A stretch of 64,000 nucleotides of DNA from Candidatus Latescibacterota bacterium (GTDB taxonomy: Bacteria > Latescibacterota > UBA2968 > GCA-2709665), in assembly GCA_965203805.1 (NCBI GenBank), contig OZ241917.1:128001-192000 (forward strand), given 5' to 3'. Below, piece after piece: positions 20,201-33,062 of this stretch. Each line of letters opens with the position of its first letter. Position 1 is the stretch's first letter. Below the pieces are notes generated by a model that did not search any database, was not told the origin of the DNA, and saw nothing but the letters and a program-made list of their open reading frames with translations. The position numbers and the translations under genes were made by a program.

Positions 20201-22270
20201 ATGTCACGTAGAGAACAACTGGAACGGATTCGCAACATCGGTATCATGGCGCATATCGATGCGGGTAAGACCACAACCAGCGAGCGGATTCTGTACTATA
20301 CAGGTCGGCTGCATCGCATGGGTGAGGTGCACGACGGCGCGGCGACAATGGACTGGATGGACCAGGAACGGGAGCGGGGAATCACCATCACGTCGGCTGC
20401 GACCACCTGTTTCTGGGACGGACACCGGATCAACATCATCGATACGCCCGGACACGTGGACTTTACGGCCGAGGTAGAGCGGTCACTCAGGGTTCTGGAC
20501 GGGGTTATCGGGATCTTTTGTGCCGTCGGCGGCGTGGAACCGCAATCGGAAACCGTCTGGCGGCAGGCGGATAAATACAGGGTACCCCGGATCGCCTTCG
20601 TCAACAAGATGGACAGGACGGGCGCCGACTTCTTCCGCGTACTTGAAATGATGAGGGAACGGCTGGCTTCGAATTTCGTGCCGGTGCAGATTCCCGTGGG
20701 CGCGGGCGAGTTATTCACCGGATTGATCGATCTGGTGAAGATGAAAATGGTTTCCTATCAGGAAGACACGCTGGGCACGGTCTTTACCGAAAGTGAAATT
20801 CCCCACGACCTGATGGACCGTGCGCAGTCCTATCGCGAGCAGATGCTCGAGGCGGTCTCGGATTTCGACGATTCGCTGATGGAGAAATTCCTTGAGGGCG
20901 AGCACATTGCCGAAGAAGAAATCCGGCAGGCGCTTCGTCTGGCAACCATCAATGTTCACGCCGTTCCCGTATTCTGCGGATCGGCTTTCAAGAACAAGGG
21001 TGTCCAGCGCTTGCTCGACGGCGTTCTGGACTATCTCCCTTCGCCCCTGGACGTTCCGGCGGTAGACGGGTTCGATCCGGATTCGGGCGTGGAGGTTACC
21101 CGGGCGCCTTCTCATGACGAACCGTTTTCAGCGCTTGCATTCAAAGTGAAGACCGATCCTTATGTGGGGCATCTGACCTATTTCAGGGTTTATTCGGGTT
21201 GTCTGAAAACCGGGTCGTACGTAAGGAATTCCAACAAGGGGAAACGGGAACGAATCGGCCGGGTTCTCCAGATGCACGCCAACAAGCGCGAGGAAATCGA
21301 TGAGGTCGTTACCGGAGAAATCGCAGCCGCCGTGGGATTGAAAGCGACGGCAACGGGGGAGACGCTCTGCGATATCGATCATCCGGTGATTCTGGAGTCG
21401 ATGGACTTCGCGAAACCGGTCGTGTCCGTGGCCATCGAGCCCAGGACAAAGGCCGACCAGGATCAGCTGGGGACGGCGCTGCGAAAGCTGTCCGAAGAGG
21501 ACCCCACGTTTCATGTCTCCACAGACGAAGACACCGGGCAGACGATCATTTCGGGTATGGGAGAACTGCACCTGGAGATCATCGTCGACCGCTTGATGCG
21601 GGAATTCCGTGTTGCCGCCAATGTGGGCAAGCCGCAGGTGACCTTTAAAGAGGCGATTCGCGAGACGGTGAAAGTCGAGGGGCGGTTCGTGCGGCAGACG
21701 GGCGGAAGGGGGCAATGGGGCCATGTCTGGCTGGAGATGGGGCCGAGCGAGCCGGGAAGCGGCCTTGTATTTGAGAACAAGGTCGTGGGAGGGTCCGTTC
21801 CGACCGAATATATCTCTGCTGTCAGGCAGGGTGTTCGGGAGGCCATGCAGTCCGGCGTTCTGGCCGGATACCCGGTGGAAGACGTAAAGGTTGTGCTTTA
21901 CGACGGATCGCACCACGACGTCGATTCTTCAGAGGTGGCGTTTAAGGTGGCCGCATCCATGGCGTTTAAAGACGGCGCCCGAAAAGCGGATCCGTACCTG
22001 ATGGAACCCCTGATGGATGTTGAGGTCGTCGTACCCGAAGAGTATATGGGCGATGTCATGGGCGATCTGAATGCCCGGCGCGGACACATCGTGGGCATTG
22101 TGAACCGTCCGGATGCCCAGGTGATCACGGCAATGGTCCCGCTAACCGAGATGTTCGGCTACGCCACGCGACTGCGTTCCCTGACCCAGGGGCGCGCGAT
22201 CTATTCAATGGAATTTTCAAGGTTCCAGGAAATTCCCAAAGCGCTTGCGCAGGAACTTACCGATAACTAG
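20201..22270 (+). CDS. fusA: Elongation factor G
   Basis: [26 protein letters not shown]. Confidence 0.98.
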   Translation: MSRREQLERIRNIGIMAHIDAGKTTTSERILYYTGRLHRMGEVHDGAATMDWMDQERERGITITSAATTCFWDGHRINIIDTPGHVDFTAEVERSLRVLDGVIGIFCAVGGVEPQSETVWRQADKYRVPRIAFVNKMDRTGADFFRVLEMMRERLASNFVPVQIPVGAGELFTGLIDLVKMKMVSYQEDTLGTVFTESEIPHDLMDRAQSYREQMLEAVSDFDDSLMEKFLEGEHIAEEEIRQALRLATINVHAVPVFCGSAFKNKGVQRLLDGVLDYLPSPLDVPAVDGFDPDSGVEVTRAPSHDEPFSALAFKVKTDPYVGHLTYFRVYSGCLKTGSYVRNSNKGKRERIGRVLQMHANKREEIDEVVTGEIAAAVGLKATATGETLCDIDHPVILESMDFAKPVVSVAIEPRTKADQDQLGTALRKLSEEDPTFHVSTDEDTGQTIISGMGELHLEIIVDRLMREFRVAANVGKPQVTFKEAIRETVKVEGRFVRQTGGRGQWGHVWLEMGPSEPGSGLVFENKVVGGSVPTEYISAVRQGVREAMQSGVLAGYPVEDVKVVLYDGSHHDVDSSEVAFKVAASMAFKDGARKADPYLMEPLMDVEVVVPEEYMGDVMGDLNARRGHIVGIVNRPDAQVITAMVPLTEMFGYATRLRSLTQGRAIYSMEFSRFQEIPKALAQELTDN

Positions 22271-22363
22271 CGATCGGGACGCCCGTTCCACGTTCACGGC
22301 GGGCAACCACAAGAGCCCAACAAATAGATTTGCGGGACGTTTTTTGCACAGGAGGAAGGTCAT

Positions 22364-23557
<1,194 letters not shown>

Positions 23558-23560
<3 letters not shown>

Positions 23561-23723
23561 TGTTCTGTCCCAAAAATACCTCACCATTCTTCCGCCGATT
23601 CATCCCGTCTCGCGGCGTTCCCTTCGCTCGCCGACCTGGCCAGGTCGCCTGCGCTCTGGCGCCTTGCGAGCCGGGCGACTCGACGGCCGAATTTAGGCAA
23701 CTTATTTCCGGGACAGAACACTA
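23558..23723. mobile_element. MITE-like element, copy B (best preserved)
   Basis: Perfect TA-GTGTTCTGTCCC ... GGGACAGAACAC-TA termini; internal hairpin; begins at the tuf TAG. Confidence 0.85.
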
Positions 23724-23741
23724 GGTCCGACGGAGGGGCAG

Positions 23742-24050
23742 GTGCCAGCACAAAAAATTCGAATTCGGCTGAAGGCTTACGATCATTTCGCCCTTGATCG
23801 GTCCGTCGACGAGATCGTTCGAACAGCGAAACGGACAGGGGCCCTGATTTCCGGCCCCATTCCATTGCCCACCAAGCGTTCATTGTACACGGTCCTTCGG
23901 GGCCCGAATATCGACAAGAAATCGCGGGAGCAGTTCGAGACCCGGGTACATAAGCGCTTGATCGACATTCACAACTCGACGCCTCAGACGGTAGATGCAT
24001 TGATGAAATTGGATCTGCCGGCGGGGATCGACATCGAAATCAAGGCGTAG
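23742..24050 (+). CDS. rpsJ: 30S ribosomal protein uS10
   Basis: [24 protein letters not shown]. Confidence 0.97.
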   Translation: MPAQKIRIRLKAYDHFALDRSVDEIVRTAKRTGALISGPIPLPTKRSLYTVLRGPNIDKKSREQFETRVHKRLIDIHNSTPQTVDALMKLDLPAGIDIEIKA

Positions 24051-24054
24051 TGAC

Positions 24055-24681
24055 GTGTTGGGATTGATCGGAAAGAAAATCGGGATGACCCAGGCCTACG
24101 ACCAGGACGACAACCTGGTCCCCATAACCGTGGTTGAGGCGGGGCCATGTCCGGTTGTACAGGTCAAGGAAGACGGATCGGATGGATACCGCGCCTTGAA
24201 GCTCGGCTTCGGCGTGACTTCAGAGCGGCGGCTTACTCGGCCGCACCTGGGCATTCTCAAGGATTCCGGCGCAGGCCCACTCCGCGTACTGAAGGAGTTC
24301 CGGGTAGCCGACACGTCGGAATTCGCGGTCGGCCAGATTCTCGATTCCGGTATATTCGAGCCCGGAGAATACGTCTCGGTAACCGGACGTACCAAAGGCA
24401 AGGGCTTTCAGGGCGGGGTCAAGAGGCACCATTTCAAGGGCGGTCCGAAAACACACGGGCAGTCCGACCGGCATCGGGCGCCCGGATCCATCGGTCAGAG
24501 TTCAGATCCCTCCCGGGTGTTCAAGGGGATGCGAATGGCGGGCCATATGGGCAATCGCCGGGAAACCGTGAAAGGGCTGAAGGTTGTCCGGGTGGACGCG
24601 GCGCGCAACCTGTTGCTGCTCAAAGGCGCGGTGCCCGGGCCCAACGGCGGCATCGTCAAGGTGCAGAAGCAGCGCAATTAA
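24055..24681 (+). CDS. rplC: 50S ribosomal protein uL3
   Basis: KKIGMT, KGKGFQG, RAPGSIG. Confidence 0.97.
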   Translation: MLGLIGKKIGMTQAYDQDDNLVPITVVEAGPCPVVQVKEDGSDGYRALKLGFGVTSERRLTRPHLGILKDSGAGPLRVLKEFRVADTSEFAVGQILDSGIFEPGEYVSVTGRTKGKGFQGGVKRHHFKGGPKTHGQSDRHRAPGSIGQSSDPSRVFKGMRMAGHMGNRRETVKGLKVVRVDAARNLLLLKGAVPGPNGGIVKVQKQRN

Positions 24682-24698
24682 CGGGAACCAATATTGAT

Positions 24699-25331
24699 AT
24701 GGCGTCAGTTGAGGTAACGAACCTCGAGGGCGAGGTCGTGGGAAGCGTCGACCTCCCGGAGACGATCTTCGGAATCGATCCGTCCCACCATGCCATTTAT
24801 CATACGGTCAAGATGTATCTGACCAATCAGCGCCAGGGCAACGCACACGCCAAGACCCGTGCGGAAGTCCGGCGCAGCAAGCGGAAGATGTACAGGCAAA
24901 AGGGAACCGGACGAGCGAGAGCCGGCACCGCGTCGTCCCCGATTCGGGTCGGCGGCGGGGTCGCTCACGGCCCCAGACCGCGGGAGCTGAGCGAGCGCGT
25001 CCCCAGGAAGGTGCGGCGCCTGGCGCTGAAGTCGGCGTTTTCACTGAAGGCTCCGGTCGGAGCGATCAAGGTGGTTGAAGACTTTACGTTCGATGCGCCC
25101 CGGACGAAGCGGATGGCGGGGATGACACAGGCCATCGAAGTGGACGATCGAAAGGTCCTGCTGCTCACGCCGGAAGCGGCGCCGAATATCCTGAAGTCAT
25201 GCCGGAACTTGTCCAACGTCCGGGTGGTGCCGGTCGCTCAGGTATCGACATACGATGTCGTCAACGCCGACGCGGTCGTCTTCACCCAGGAAGCCCTGGG
25301 AAGGCTGCAGTCCATCTGGGGGTCGGCATGA
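24699..25331 (+). CDS. rplD: 50S ribosomal protein uL4
   Basis: RQKGTGRARAG, GGGVAHGP. Confidence 0.96.
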   Translation: MASVEVTNLEGEVVGSVDLPETIFGIDPSHHAIYHTVKMYLTNQRQGNAHAKTRAEVRRSKRKMYRQKGTGRARAGTASSPIRVGGGVAHGPRPRELSERVPRKVRRLALKSAFSLKAPVGAIKVVEDFTFDAPRTKRMAGMTQAIEVDDRKVLLLTPEAAPNILKSCRNLSNVRVVPVAQVSTYDVVNADAVVFTQEALGRLQSIWGSA

Positions 25332-25621
25332 AAAAAGACTTCAGAGAGATCATCCGAAGACCGCTGATCACGGAACGGGCTTCTGAGCTGCAGGAAGATC
25401 ACAACAAATTCGTGTTTGAAGTTCGGGTCGATGCCAACAAGCTGGAGATCAAAAGGGCCGCTGAAGCGATGTTCAATGTACGGGTGCTGAATGTCAATAC
25501 GTCTACCGTATCTGGAAAGCTGAAGAGAATGGGGCGGTTTCAGGGCCGTCGCGCCAGTTGGAAGAAGGCGATCATCACGCTTGCGGCTGGCGACGTCATT
25601 GACTTTTTTGGAGAATCCTGA
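25328..25621 (+). CDS. rplW: 50S ribosomal protein uL23
   Basis: PLITE, ANKLEIK, WKKAIITL. Confidence 0.96.
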   Translation: MKKDFREIIRRPLITERASELQEDHNKFVFEVRVDANKLEIKRAAEAMFNVRVLNVNTSTVSGKLKRMGRFQGRRASWKKAIITLAAGDVIDFFGES

Positions 25622-25624
25622 TCG

Positions 25625-26455
25625 ATGCCTGTAAAAACGTTCCGACCGTTTACGCCCTCTCTGCGGTTCAAAACCGTCTCCTCGTTTGAGGAAATCACCC
25701 GTTCCGACCCCGAGAAGTCCCTGGTCGAGGCGAACAGGAAGAGCGGTGGCCGTAACAACATGGGCCGCATTACGAGCCGTCGTCGCGGCGGAGGCCATCG
25801 CCGGCACTACCGTATCATCGATTTCAAACGCAACAAACGAGGTGTTCCGGCAACGGTGAGGTCGATTGAATACGATCCGAATCGCTCAGCGCGAATTGCA
25901 CTGCTCCACTATGCCGACGGTGAGAAGCGGTATATTCTGGCGCCCGTGGGGCTGAACGTTGGCGTCCAGGTGGTATCCGGACCCGAGGCCGATGTGCGGC
26001 CCGGCAATGCGCTGCCTCTGGAGAACATCCCGCAGGGAACCCATGTTCACAACGTCGAATTACAGCCCGGCAAGGGAGGGCAGTTGGGCCGGTCGGCAGG
26101 ATCTGAAATCCAGATCATGGCCAAAGAAGGCAAGTTCGCGCAACTCCGCCTGCCTTCGGGCGAGGTGCGGCTTGTCCCGGTCACGTGTTACGCCACGGTG
26201 GGTCAGGTGGGGAATCAGGAGCACGAGAACGTCGTTCTGGGTAAGGCGGGGCGAGCCAGGTGGCTGGGGAGACGGCCGTCGGTGAGGGGCGTGGCGATGA
26301 ATCCTATCGATCACCCGCATGGCGGCGGAGAGGGACGCGCATCGGGCGGCGGGCATCCGGTAACGCCCTGGGGGGTGCCTACGAAGGGATACAAGACGAG
26401 AAAACGCAAGAAACAGTCCAACAAGCTTATCGTAAGAAGACAGAACCAGAGATAG
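25625..26455 (+). CDS. rplB: 50S ribosomal protein uL2
   Basis: [25 protein letters not shown]. Confidence 0.98.
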   Translation: MPVKTFRPFTPSLRFKTVSSFEEITRSDPEKSLVEANRKSGGRNNMGRITSRRRGGGHRRHYRIIDFKRNKRGVPATVRSIEYDPNRSARIALLHYADGEKRYILAPVGLNVGVQVVSGPEADVRPGNALPLENIPQGTHVHNVELQPGKGGQLGRSAGSEIQIMAKEGKFAQLRLPSGEVRLVPVTCYATVGQVGNQEHENVVLGKAGRARWLGRRPSVRGVAMNPIDHPHGGGEGRASGGGHPVTPWGVPTKGYKTRKRKKQSNKLIVRRQNQR

Positions 26456-26476
26456 ATTTCCCCAGGCGAGGATTGA

Positions 26477-26764
26477 ATGGCACGGTCGCTCAAGAAAGGG
26501 CCCTACATCGACGCGGGTCTTCTGACGAAGATCGAGGGAATGAATAAGACGGGCAACAAGCGCGTGATTCAGACGTGGGCCCGCCGTTCGACCATTTCTC
26601 CCGAATTTGTGGGTCATACGCTCGCGGTGCACAACGGGAACAAGTTCATCCCCGTGTACATTACTGAAAACATGGTGGGCCACAAGCTGGGTGAATTTGC
26701 CCCTACAAGGACGTTTCGCGGACATTCGGGAAGCCTTACCGAGCGATCGACCGGGCTGAAATAG
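26477..26764 (+). CDS. rpsS: 30S ribosomal protein uS19
   Basis: [20 protein letters not shown]. Confidence 0.98.
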   Translation: MARSLKKGPYIDAGLLTKIEGMNKTGNKRVIQTWARRSTISPEFVGHTLAVHNGNKFIPVYITENMVGHKLGEFAPTRTFRGHSGSLTERSTGLK

Positions 26765-26872
26765 TTCAGAAAACCCGTTCAGGCCGACGTCCGCTTGTCG
26801 ATGTTCGGCTTCGGGCCGGATGCAGCCCGGATGGATATTCTCAACGGGCTGTTCGGGTAAGGAAGGGATTTG

Positions 26873-27214
26873 ATGACGGCCAGGGCAGTCACCAGATATG
26901 TCAGGATTTCGCCCCGAAAAGCGCGTCAGGTGGTGGATCTTGTGCGCGGGAAAGGGGTTGAAGAAGCGTTTCATATCCTTCAGTTTACGCCCAAGAAGGC
27001 GGCCCGGATCGTAGAACGCACGTTGCGGTCGGCAGTAGCCAACGCCGCCAACAACGAGGCGTCCACGGTTCGGGAAGAAGACCTTTATGTTCAGGAAGCG
27101 TTCGTGAACGGCGCCATCGCGATGCGTCGCATTCGCCCCATGCCGCGTGGCGCCGCGGGATTTATTCGAAAGCGCTGCAGCCATATCACGCTGGTCGTAT
27201 CGGACGACGATTAG
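26873..27214 (+). CDS. rplV: 50S ribosomal protein uL22
   Basis: [18 protein letters not shown]. Confidence 0.95.
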   Translation: MTARAVTRYVRISPRKARQVVDLVRGKGVEEAFHILQFTPKKAARIVERTLRSAVANAANNEASTVREEDLYVQEAFVNGAIAMRRIRPMPRGAAGFIRKRCSHITLVVSDDD

Positions 27215-27232
27215 TCGTCGGGAGGATTACTC

Positions 27233-27889
27233 TTGGGTCAGAAAACACATCCAACCGGATTCCGACTGGGCATTGTAAAAGACTGGCGTTCCCGCTGGTT
27301 TGCCGGCAACGATTTTGCCGATCTGCTGAAGGAAGACCTGATGCTGCGACGTTACATCCACAGCAGACTCCAACGTGCGAGCGTGTCTCAGATCGAGATT
27401 GAACGCGCGCCGAAACGGGTGACCATTTCGGTGCATACCGCGCGTCCGGGTATCGTGATCGGCCGCAAAGGGCAGGAAGTGGACAAGCTCAGGGACGAAT
27501 TGAAACATATTACCGGCAAAGAGATTTATATAAATATCCAGGAAATCAAGCGTCCGGAACTGAATGCGCAACTGGTCGCAGACAACATCGCGCGCCAGCT
27601 GGAGCAGAGAGTTTCGTTCCGTCGGGCGATGAAAAAAGCGATTGCTTCGGCGATGCGCATGGGTGCAGACGGCATCAAGATTGTATGTGGCGGACGTCTG
27701 GGCGGTGCGGAGATGGCGCGGATCGAAAAATCGGAACCCGCCGGCAGAGTGCCGCTGCATACGCTCAGGGCTGATATAGACTATGCCACGTCCACCGCCT
27801 TTACAACTTCAGGTACGGTGGGGGTCAAGGTGTGGGTGTGCCATGGAGAGGTCGTGGATCGTGGCGCTCCGGGAGGGCCGGGTCAGTAA
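27233..27889 (+). CDS. rpsC: 30S ribosomal protein uS3
   Basis: [25 protein letters not shown]. Confidence 0.98.
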   Translation: MGQKTHPTGFRLGIVKDWRSRWFAGNDFADLLKEDLMLRRYIHSRLQRASVSQIEIERAPKRVTISVHTARPGIVIGRKGQEVDKLRDELKHITGKEIYINIQEIKRPELNAQLVADNIARQLEQRVSFRRAMKKAIASAMRMGADGIKIVCGGRLGGAEMARIEKSEPAGRVPLHTLRADIDYATSTAFTTSGTVGVKVWVCHGEVVDRGAPGGPGQ

Positions 27890-27920
27890 GCCGAACCGGG
27901 TTTCGTAAGGATATGACTCG

Positions 27921-28340
27921 ATGTTAATGCCTAAGAGGGTCAAGTGGCGAAAACAGCAGCGCGGCCGCATGCGCGGCATGGCGCACCGGGGCAGCAGAAT
28001 CGCATTCGGGGAATTTGCGCTTCAGGCGCTCGAGCCGGCCTGGATAACCAGCCGGCAGATCGAAGCGGCGCGAGTGGCCATAACGCGCGCACTCGGCCGT
28101 GGAGGCAAGGTGTGGATCCGTCTGTTTCCCGACAAACCGGTTACCATTAAACCCGCCGAGACCCGGATGGGCAAGGGTAAAGGGAATCCGGAATACTGGG
28201 TGGCCGTCGTCAAACCGGGCAGGATTATGTTCGAAATCGATGGCGTCGAGCGGGAGAGCGCGCGGGAGGCCATGCGAAAGGCTGGCCACAAGATGCCCAT
28301 CAAGACCCGGTTTATCGAACGCGGAGAGAGTGAAGAATGA
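27921..28340 (+). CDS. rplP: 50S ribosomal protein uL16
   Basis: [12 protein letters not shown]. Confidence 0.98.
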   Translation: MLMPKRVKWRKQQRGRMRGMAHRGSRIAFGEFALQALEPAWITSRQIEAARVAITRALGRGGKVWIRLFPDKPVTIKPAETRMGKGKGNPEYWVAVVKPGRIMFEIDGVERESAREAMRKAGHKMPIKTRFIERGESEE

Positions 28341-28570
28341 AAGCCAGCGAGATTCGTCAGATGACACCGGGCGAGGTTGACGAGTTGTTGGTCGACAGGC
28401 TTGAGGAGTTGTCCAATTTGAGAATTCAGCTTGTCACGCAGCAGCTCGACAATCCGCTTCAGGTCAAGTCCGTCCGACGGGATATCGCCCGGATCAGAAC
28501 GGTACAGCGGGAGCGCGCAGAGGAATCGAACGCTGCAACCGGCGGCTCCCGGGGATCGGAAGGAACTTAA
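28337..28570 (+). CDS. rpmC: 50S ribosomal protein uL29
   Basis: [16 protein letters not shown]; synteny. Confidence 0.94.
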   Translation: MKASEIRQMTPGEVDELLVDRLEELSNLRIQLVTQQLDNPLQVKSVRRDIARIRTVQRERAEESNAATGGSRGSEGT

Positions 28571-28573
28571 GCC

Positions 28574-28840
28574 ATGGCACAAACCGCCGCGCGCGGCCGT
28601 CGCAAGACCCTTGTGGGCCGGGTGCTGAGCAATCAGGCCAACAAGACAATCGTCGTGGAAGTCACCTGGCGCACCCCCCATCCGCTTTACGGCAAGGTGG
28701 TGCGGCGCCGTTCGAAATTTGCCGCGCACGACGAAAATAACTCGGCAAATACCGGCGACACCGTATTGATTTGCGAAACCCGCCCGATCAGCAAGACCAA
28801 ACGATGGCGTCTGGCCGAGATTCTGGAAAAGGTTCAATAG
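28574..28840 (+). CDS. rpsQ: 30S ribosomal protein uS17
   Basis: [21 protein letters not shown]. Confidence 0.97.
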   Translation: MAQTAARGRRKTLVGRVLSNQANKTIVVEVTWRTPHPLYGKVVRRRSKFAAHDENNSANTGDTVLICETRPISKTKRWRLAEILEKVQ

Positions 28841-28852
28841 GAGTATTGCAGG

Positions 28853-29221
28853 ATGGTTACGGAGCAGACGGTATTGAACTGCGCCGACAACAGCGGCGCC
28901 CGCAAGGTGATGTGCTTCCGGGTGCTGGGCGGTTCACGGAGAAGATACGCCGGTCTCGGCGATACGATCGTAGTCGCCGTGAAAGATGCCCAGCCCAACA
29001 GTGCCGTGAAAAAGGGAGAAGTTGCGCGGGCGGTTATTGTTCGGACCAGGAAGGAGGCGCGGCGCTCCGACGGTTCTTACATCCGGTTCGACGACAATGC
29101 CGCAGTGCTGATCAATGCGGAGGGCGAACCGCGGGCAACGCGCATCTTCGGACCGGTTGCGCGGGAACTGCGCGACAGGCGATTCATGCGAATTGTGTCT
29201 TTGGCGGCCGAAGTGGTCTGA
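28853..29221 (+). CDS. rplN: 50S ribosomal protein uL14
   Basis: [27 protein letters not shown]. Confidence 0.98.
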   Translation: MVTEQTVLNCADNSGARKVMCFRVLGGSRRRYAGLGDTIVVAVKDAQPNSAVKKGEVARAVIVRTRKEARRSDGSYIRFDDNAAVLINAEGEPRATRIFGPVARELRDRRFMRIVSLAAEVV

Positions 29222-29248
29222 CGTTTCCGCAGCGAGGGGAGTCGAGTG

Positions 29249-29578
29249 GTGAAAGTTCATGTGCGCAAGGGAGATCAGGTCGAGGTCATCGGCGGGGTGG
29301 ATGCAGGGAGGAGAGGTCGCGTTCTGAAGGTTTTTCCCAGGAAAGCGCGGGCGCTGGTGGAGGGCATCAACTTCATAAAGCGGCATACCCGCCCCGGCCC
29401 CAAGAACCAGCAGGGCGGAATTATCGAAAAAGAGGCGCCTGTGCATATTTCCAGGCTGATGTTGATCGATCCTCAAACCGACGAGCCCACCCGGATTCGC
29501 CGGAAGAGACTGGAGAACGGCGAACGGATACGGCTCGCGATCAAGAGTGGCGAACAGATTTCCGAAGCGAGTTCATAA
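29249..29578 (+). CDS. rplX: 50S ribosomal protein uL24
   Basis: [21 protein letters not shown]. Confidence 0.96.
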   Translation: MKVHVRKGDQVEVIGGVDAGRRGRVLKVFPRKARALVEGINFIKRHTRPGPKNQQGGIIEKEAPVHISRLMLIDPQTDEPTRIRRKRLENGERIRLAIKSGEQISEASS

Positions 29579-29589
29579 GAGAGGGTTGA

Positions 29590-30144
29590 ATGGCTGCGCG
29601 GCTCCGAGAAATGTACAACAATGAGATCGTCCCGGCGATGGTCTCTCATTTCGTCTACAAGAACAGGATGCAGGTGCCAAGGCTCGAGAAGGTTGTCATG
29701 AACATGGGTCTGGGAGAGGCCGTCCAGAACCCGAAGGCGATCGACAGCGCCATTGCCGACCTGTCAACCATTTCGGGACAGCGACCTTCCATTCGCCGGG
29801 CCAAGAAGTCGGTCTCGAATTTCAAACTGCGCGAGGGCATGCCCGTCGGGTGCGCCGTTACGCTCCGACGCGATCGGATGTACGAATTCCTCGATCGTTT
29901 CTTCACCTTTGCCATACCCCGCACGCGCGACTTCAGAGGGTTGTCTCCCAATTCCTTCGACGGCCGTGGGAATTATACTGTGGGTGTCCGGGAGCAGATT
30001 ATCTTTCCGGAGATCAACTATGACCAGATTGACCAGATCCGTGGACTGGACGTGACCATCGTAACCACGGCCCGGACGGACGAAGAGGCATTTGAGTTGC
30101 TCAAGCGTTTTGGCATGCCGTTCCAGGCTGCCGAGGCGGCCTGA
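29590..30144 (+). CDS. rplE: 50S ribosomal protein uL5
   Basis: [21 protein letters not shown]. Confidence 0.98.
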   Translation: MAARLREMYNNEIVPAMVSHFVYKNRMQVPRLEKVVMNMGLGEAVQNPKAIDSAIADLSTISGQRPSIRRAKKSVSNFKLREGMPVGCAVTLRRDRMYEFLDRFFTFAIPRTRDFRGLSPNSFDGRGNYTVGVREQIIFPEINYDQIDQIRGLDVTIVTTARTDEEAFELLKRFGMPFQAAEAA

Positions 30145-30166
30145 TTTCAAGAAAGCGAGCGTACTT

Positions 30167-30352
30167 GTGGCAAAAAAGACGTTGATTGTCAAGGCAAACA
30201 AGGAACCGAAGTTTGCCGTTCGCCGTTATAATCGTTGCCATCGTTGCGGACGCCCCAGGGGCTACATGAGGCAGTTCGGGATCTGCAGGATCTGCTTCAG
30301 AGAATTGGCGTTGCTGGGTGAGATTCCAGGGGTCGCGAAGGCGAGTTGGTAG
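30167..30352 (+). CDS. rpsN: 30S ribosomal protein uS14, Zn-binding type Z
   Basis: RCHRCGRPR...CRICFRE; 61 aa. Confidence 0.96.
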   Translation: MAKKTLIVKANKEPKFAVRRYNRCHRCGRPRGYMRQFGICRICFRELALLGEIPGVAKASW

Positions 30353-30383
30353 CAGTTGTGGCAGACAGGAGGCTGTAGACGCT

Positions 30384-30782
30384 ATGAGTATGAGCGATCC
30401 GGTTGCGGACATGCTGACCCGTATTCGGAATGCGGCCCGTGCAGGGCACCGCAAGGTAGACATTCCGGGTTCCCGGACAAAAGCTGAAATTGCCCGGATT
30501 ATGAAGACGAAGGGGTTTATCCACAATTACGCGTCCGTGGAAGACAACAGGCAGGGCTACATCCGGCTGTATCTCAGGTACAGCACGGACGACGAGAGCG
30601 CTATACAGGGATTGGAACGCATCAGCCGGCCGGGGCTGCGCCGGTACGTAGGAGCCGGCGAAATCCCCAGGGTACTCAACGGTCTCGGCGTGGCTGTACT
30701 GTCCACGTCGCGGGGAATTCTCACGGACAGCGAGGCTCGCACGGCCGGGGTCGGCGGCGAAGTCCTCTGCCACCTCTGGTAA
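30384..30782 (+). CDS. rpsH: 30S ribosomal protein uS8
   Basis: DPVADMLTRIRNA, SRPGLRRY. Confidence 0.97.
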   Translation: MSMSDPVADMLTRIRNAARAGHRKVDIPGSRTKAEIARIMKTKGFIHNYASVEDNRQGYIRLYLRYSTDDESAIQGLERISRPGLRRYVGAGEIPRVLNGLGVAVLSTSRGILTDSEARTAGVGGEVLCHLW

Positions 30783-30797
30783 ACGGGAGGATTCAAG

Positions 30798-31364
30798 GTG
30801 TCACGCGTTGGAAAACAACCGATTCCCGTTCCGGATGGGGTTCAGGTACGGATTGGACCGGACGGCGTGCAGGTGAAGGGGAGCAGGGGAGAGTTGACGG
30901 TACGGATTCATCCGTTAACGCAGCTGTGCCAGGAAGACGGATCGCTGCGTGTCACCGTTGAGGATGTTCACGACAGGGAGTCGAAGGCGGTATGGGGTCT
31001 GACCCGGGCATTGCTCGCCAACGCGGTCGAAGGCGTGCGCAATGGATTTGAAAAACGGCTGGTTGTCGTGGGAGTGGGGTATCGCGCGGAAATGAAGGGC
31101 AGGAATCTGGATTTGCAGGTCGGATTCAGCCATCCCGTGATAATAGAGCCCCTTGACGGCGTGGAGATGAGCATTGAGGCGGCCCCCGCCGAAATTGAAA
31201 CGGCTCAGGCGTCGATTGTCGTCCGGGGAGCAGATAAGGAACGGGTGGGACAGTTGGCCGCCGATATTCGAAAAGTCCGTCCCCCGGAGCCATACAAGGG
31301 TAAAGGGATCAGATACTTTAACGAGTACGTACGTCGCAAGGCCGGCAAGGCCGCTGTAACGTAA
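30798..31364 (+). CDS. rplF: 50S ribosomal protein uL6
   Basis: SRVGKQPI, PEPYKGKGIRY. Confidence 0.97.
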   Translation: MSRVGKQPIPVPDGVQVRIGPDGVQVKGSRGELTVRIHPLTQLCQEDGSLRVTVEDVHDRESKAVWGLTRALLANAVEGVRNGFEKRLVVVGVGYRAEMKGRNLDLQVGFSHPVIIEPLDGVEMSIEAAPAEIETAQASIVVRGADKERVGQLAADIRKVRPPEPYKGKGIRYFNEYVRRKAGKAAVT

Positions 31365-31391
31365 CCTTAAGGACCCACGGAGCGGATTTTC

Positions 31392-31760
31392 ATGGCAAAC
31401 CCACAGATTCAGAAGGCCAACCTTCGACGTCGGCGCCGATTGCGAATCCGGAAGAAGATTCGCGGTACTCCCGGAAGGCCCCGGTTGGCGGTGAGCAGGA
31501 GCCTGAACCACATTGAGGCGCAGCTGATCGACGACACGACGGGTCGATCCCTTCTCGGGCTCTCAAGCAATTCCCGTGAAATCCGCGATACGCTCTCGGG
31601 CAACAAGAGCGAGAAGGGGCGTGCGGTGGGGCGTGCGGTGGCACTGAAAGCGCTCGAGGCCGGCATCAAAACCGTTGTATTCGATCGGGGCGGCCGCCTG
31701 TACCACGGCCGGATCAAGGCGTTGGCCGACGGCGCCCGCGAAGGCGGATTGTTGTTTTAG
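31392..31760 (+). CDS. rplR: 50S ribosomal protein uL18
   Basis: RPRLAV, VFDRGG..YHGR. Confidence 0.97.
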   Translation: MANPQIQKANLRRRRRLRIRKKIRGTPGRPRLAVSRSLNHIEAQLIDDTTGRSLLGLSSNSREIRDTLSGNKSEKGRAVGRAVALKALEAGIKTVVFDRGGRLYHGRIKALADGAREGGLLF

Positions 31761-31786
31761 GCTGGTTGCAGGAATCATTAAGGAGT

Positions 31787-32308
31787 ATGCATTTGAGACG
31801 TATAGACCCTTCGGGATTGGACCTGACTGAAATCGTCATCAACAACAGCCTCAAGCGGGTTTCCCACGTGCGCAAGGGAGGACGTCGCTTTGCCTTCAAC
31901 GTGATGGTGGTCGTCGGCGACCGGCAGGGACACGTTGGCGCCGGAATGGGCAAGGCGGGAGAGGTGGCCGAAGCCATCCGCAAAGCCACCGAAAACGCAA
32001 AAAAGGAACTGGTGCGCATCCCGGTCATCAACGGAACATTGCCGCACGAGATCATCGGTGTCTTTGGCGCGTCCAGGGTACTGTTAAAGCCCGCGGCGCC
32101 GGGAACAGGGGTGATCGCCGGGGGGGGTATTCGGGCGGTTCTGGAACTGGCAGGCGTGCAGAACGTGTTGACCAAATCTCTGGGATCCCAGAATACCCAC
32201 AATACCGTGAAGGCGACGCTCCAGGGTCTGGCCAGCCTGCGCGACGCACGGGCGTTCGCGCGGCTGCGGAATATCGACGAATCAGAGCTGACCGGCGTTC
32301 GGGAGTAA
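31787..32308 (+). CDS. rpsE: 30S ribosomal protein uS5
   Basis: [18 protein letters not shown]. Confidence 0.96.
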   Translation: MHLRRIDPSGLDLTEIVINNSLKRVSHVRKGGRRFAFNVMVVVGDRQGHVGAGMGKAGEVAEAIRKATENAKKELVRIPVINGTLPHEIIGVFGASRVLLKPAAPGTGVIAGGGIRAVLELAGVQNVLTKSLGSQNTHNTVKATLQGLASLRDARAFARLRNIDESELTGVRE

Positions 32309-32314
32309 TGCGGA

Positions 32315-32512
32315 ATGGCAAACGACGGGAAGAAACTGAAGATCACCCAGGTTCGCAGCATGATCTCGCGCAATGAAAAACAGCGGCGCACGCTCGCGGC
32401 ACTTGGCATTCGACGAATTCGTCACAGCGTAATCCACAACGATACCGCGCAAATTCGCGGAATGGTCAATGCAGTAGCACACCTCGTCGAAGTGAAACAG
32501 GCGGACGTCTGA
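32315..32512 (+). CDS. rpmD: 50S ribosomal protein uL30
   Basis: KITQVRS...IRGM...HLVEV; synteny. Confidence 0.94.
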   Translation: MANDGKKLKITQVRSMISRNEKQRRTLAALGIRRIRHSVIHNDTAQIRGMVNAVAHLVEVKQADV

Positions 32513-32582
32513 TTTCGGTTACGGGCGCTTAAAGGTCGCGACGGCCGGGCCCGCTTGCCCTCACGCGTAAGGACTCAGGAAG

Positions 32583-33044
32583 ATGGAACCAGGAAAGTTC
32601 AAGCCCCCCAAGGGCGCGGTGACGAATCGGAAACGACTTGGCTGCGGCGTCGGATCCGGATGCGGCAAGACCAGCGGCAAGGGACACAAGGGTCAGAAGT
32701 CCCGTTCGGGCGCCAAGTTGAGGCCGTGGTTTGAGGGTGGGCAGATGCCGTTGCAGCGCAGACTTCCCAAAGTCGGATTCAACAATCCGTCGAAGGTGAT
32801 CTATCAGGTCGTCAATCTGGACGATATCGTCAAACGGGGATTGTCCGGACCCGTGACACCCGAACAACTGAAGCAGTCGGGCCTGATACGGTCGATCCGG
32901 CGGCCTGTGAAAGTTCTGGGGCGGGGAGACGTCTCCGATCCCATTCAGGTTCATGTGCATGCGGCATCCAGGTCGGCCACAGAGAAAATCGAATCGGCCG
33001 GGGGAAGTGTGACCCTGATCGACGCGGGTTCCGGGGCGGGTTAA
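32583..33044 (+). CDS. rplO: 50S ribosomal protein uL15
   Basis: GKGHKGQKSRSG, FEGGQMPL.RRLPK. Confidence 0.97.
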   Translation: MEPGKFKPPKGAVTNRKRLGCGVGSGCGKTSGKGHKGQKSRSGAKLRPWFEGGQMPLQRRLPKVGFNNPSKVIYQVVNLDDIVKRGLSGPVTPEQLKQSGLIRSIRRPVKVLGRGDVSDPIQVHVHAASRSATEKIESAGGSVTLIDAGSGAG

Positions 33045-33062
33045 TCTGAAGAGGAGGCGGCG

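Noticed and set aside
22268-22350. Possible fourth MITE copy after the fusA TAG (ATTTGCGGGACG resembles the right end)
   Set aside because: No matching left TIR or subterminal blocks; similarity too short
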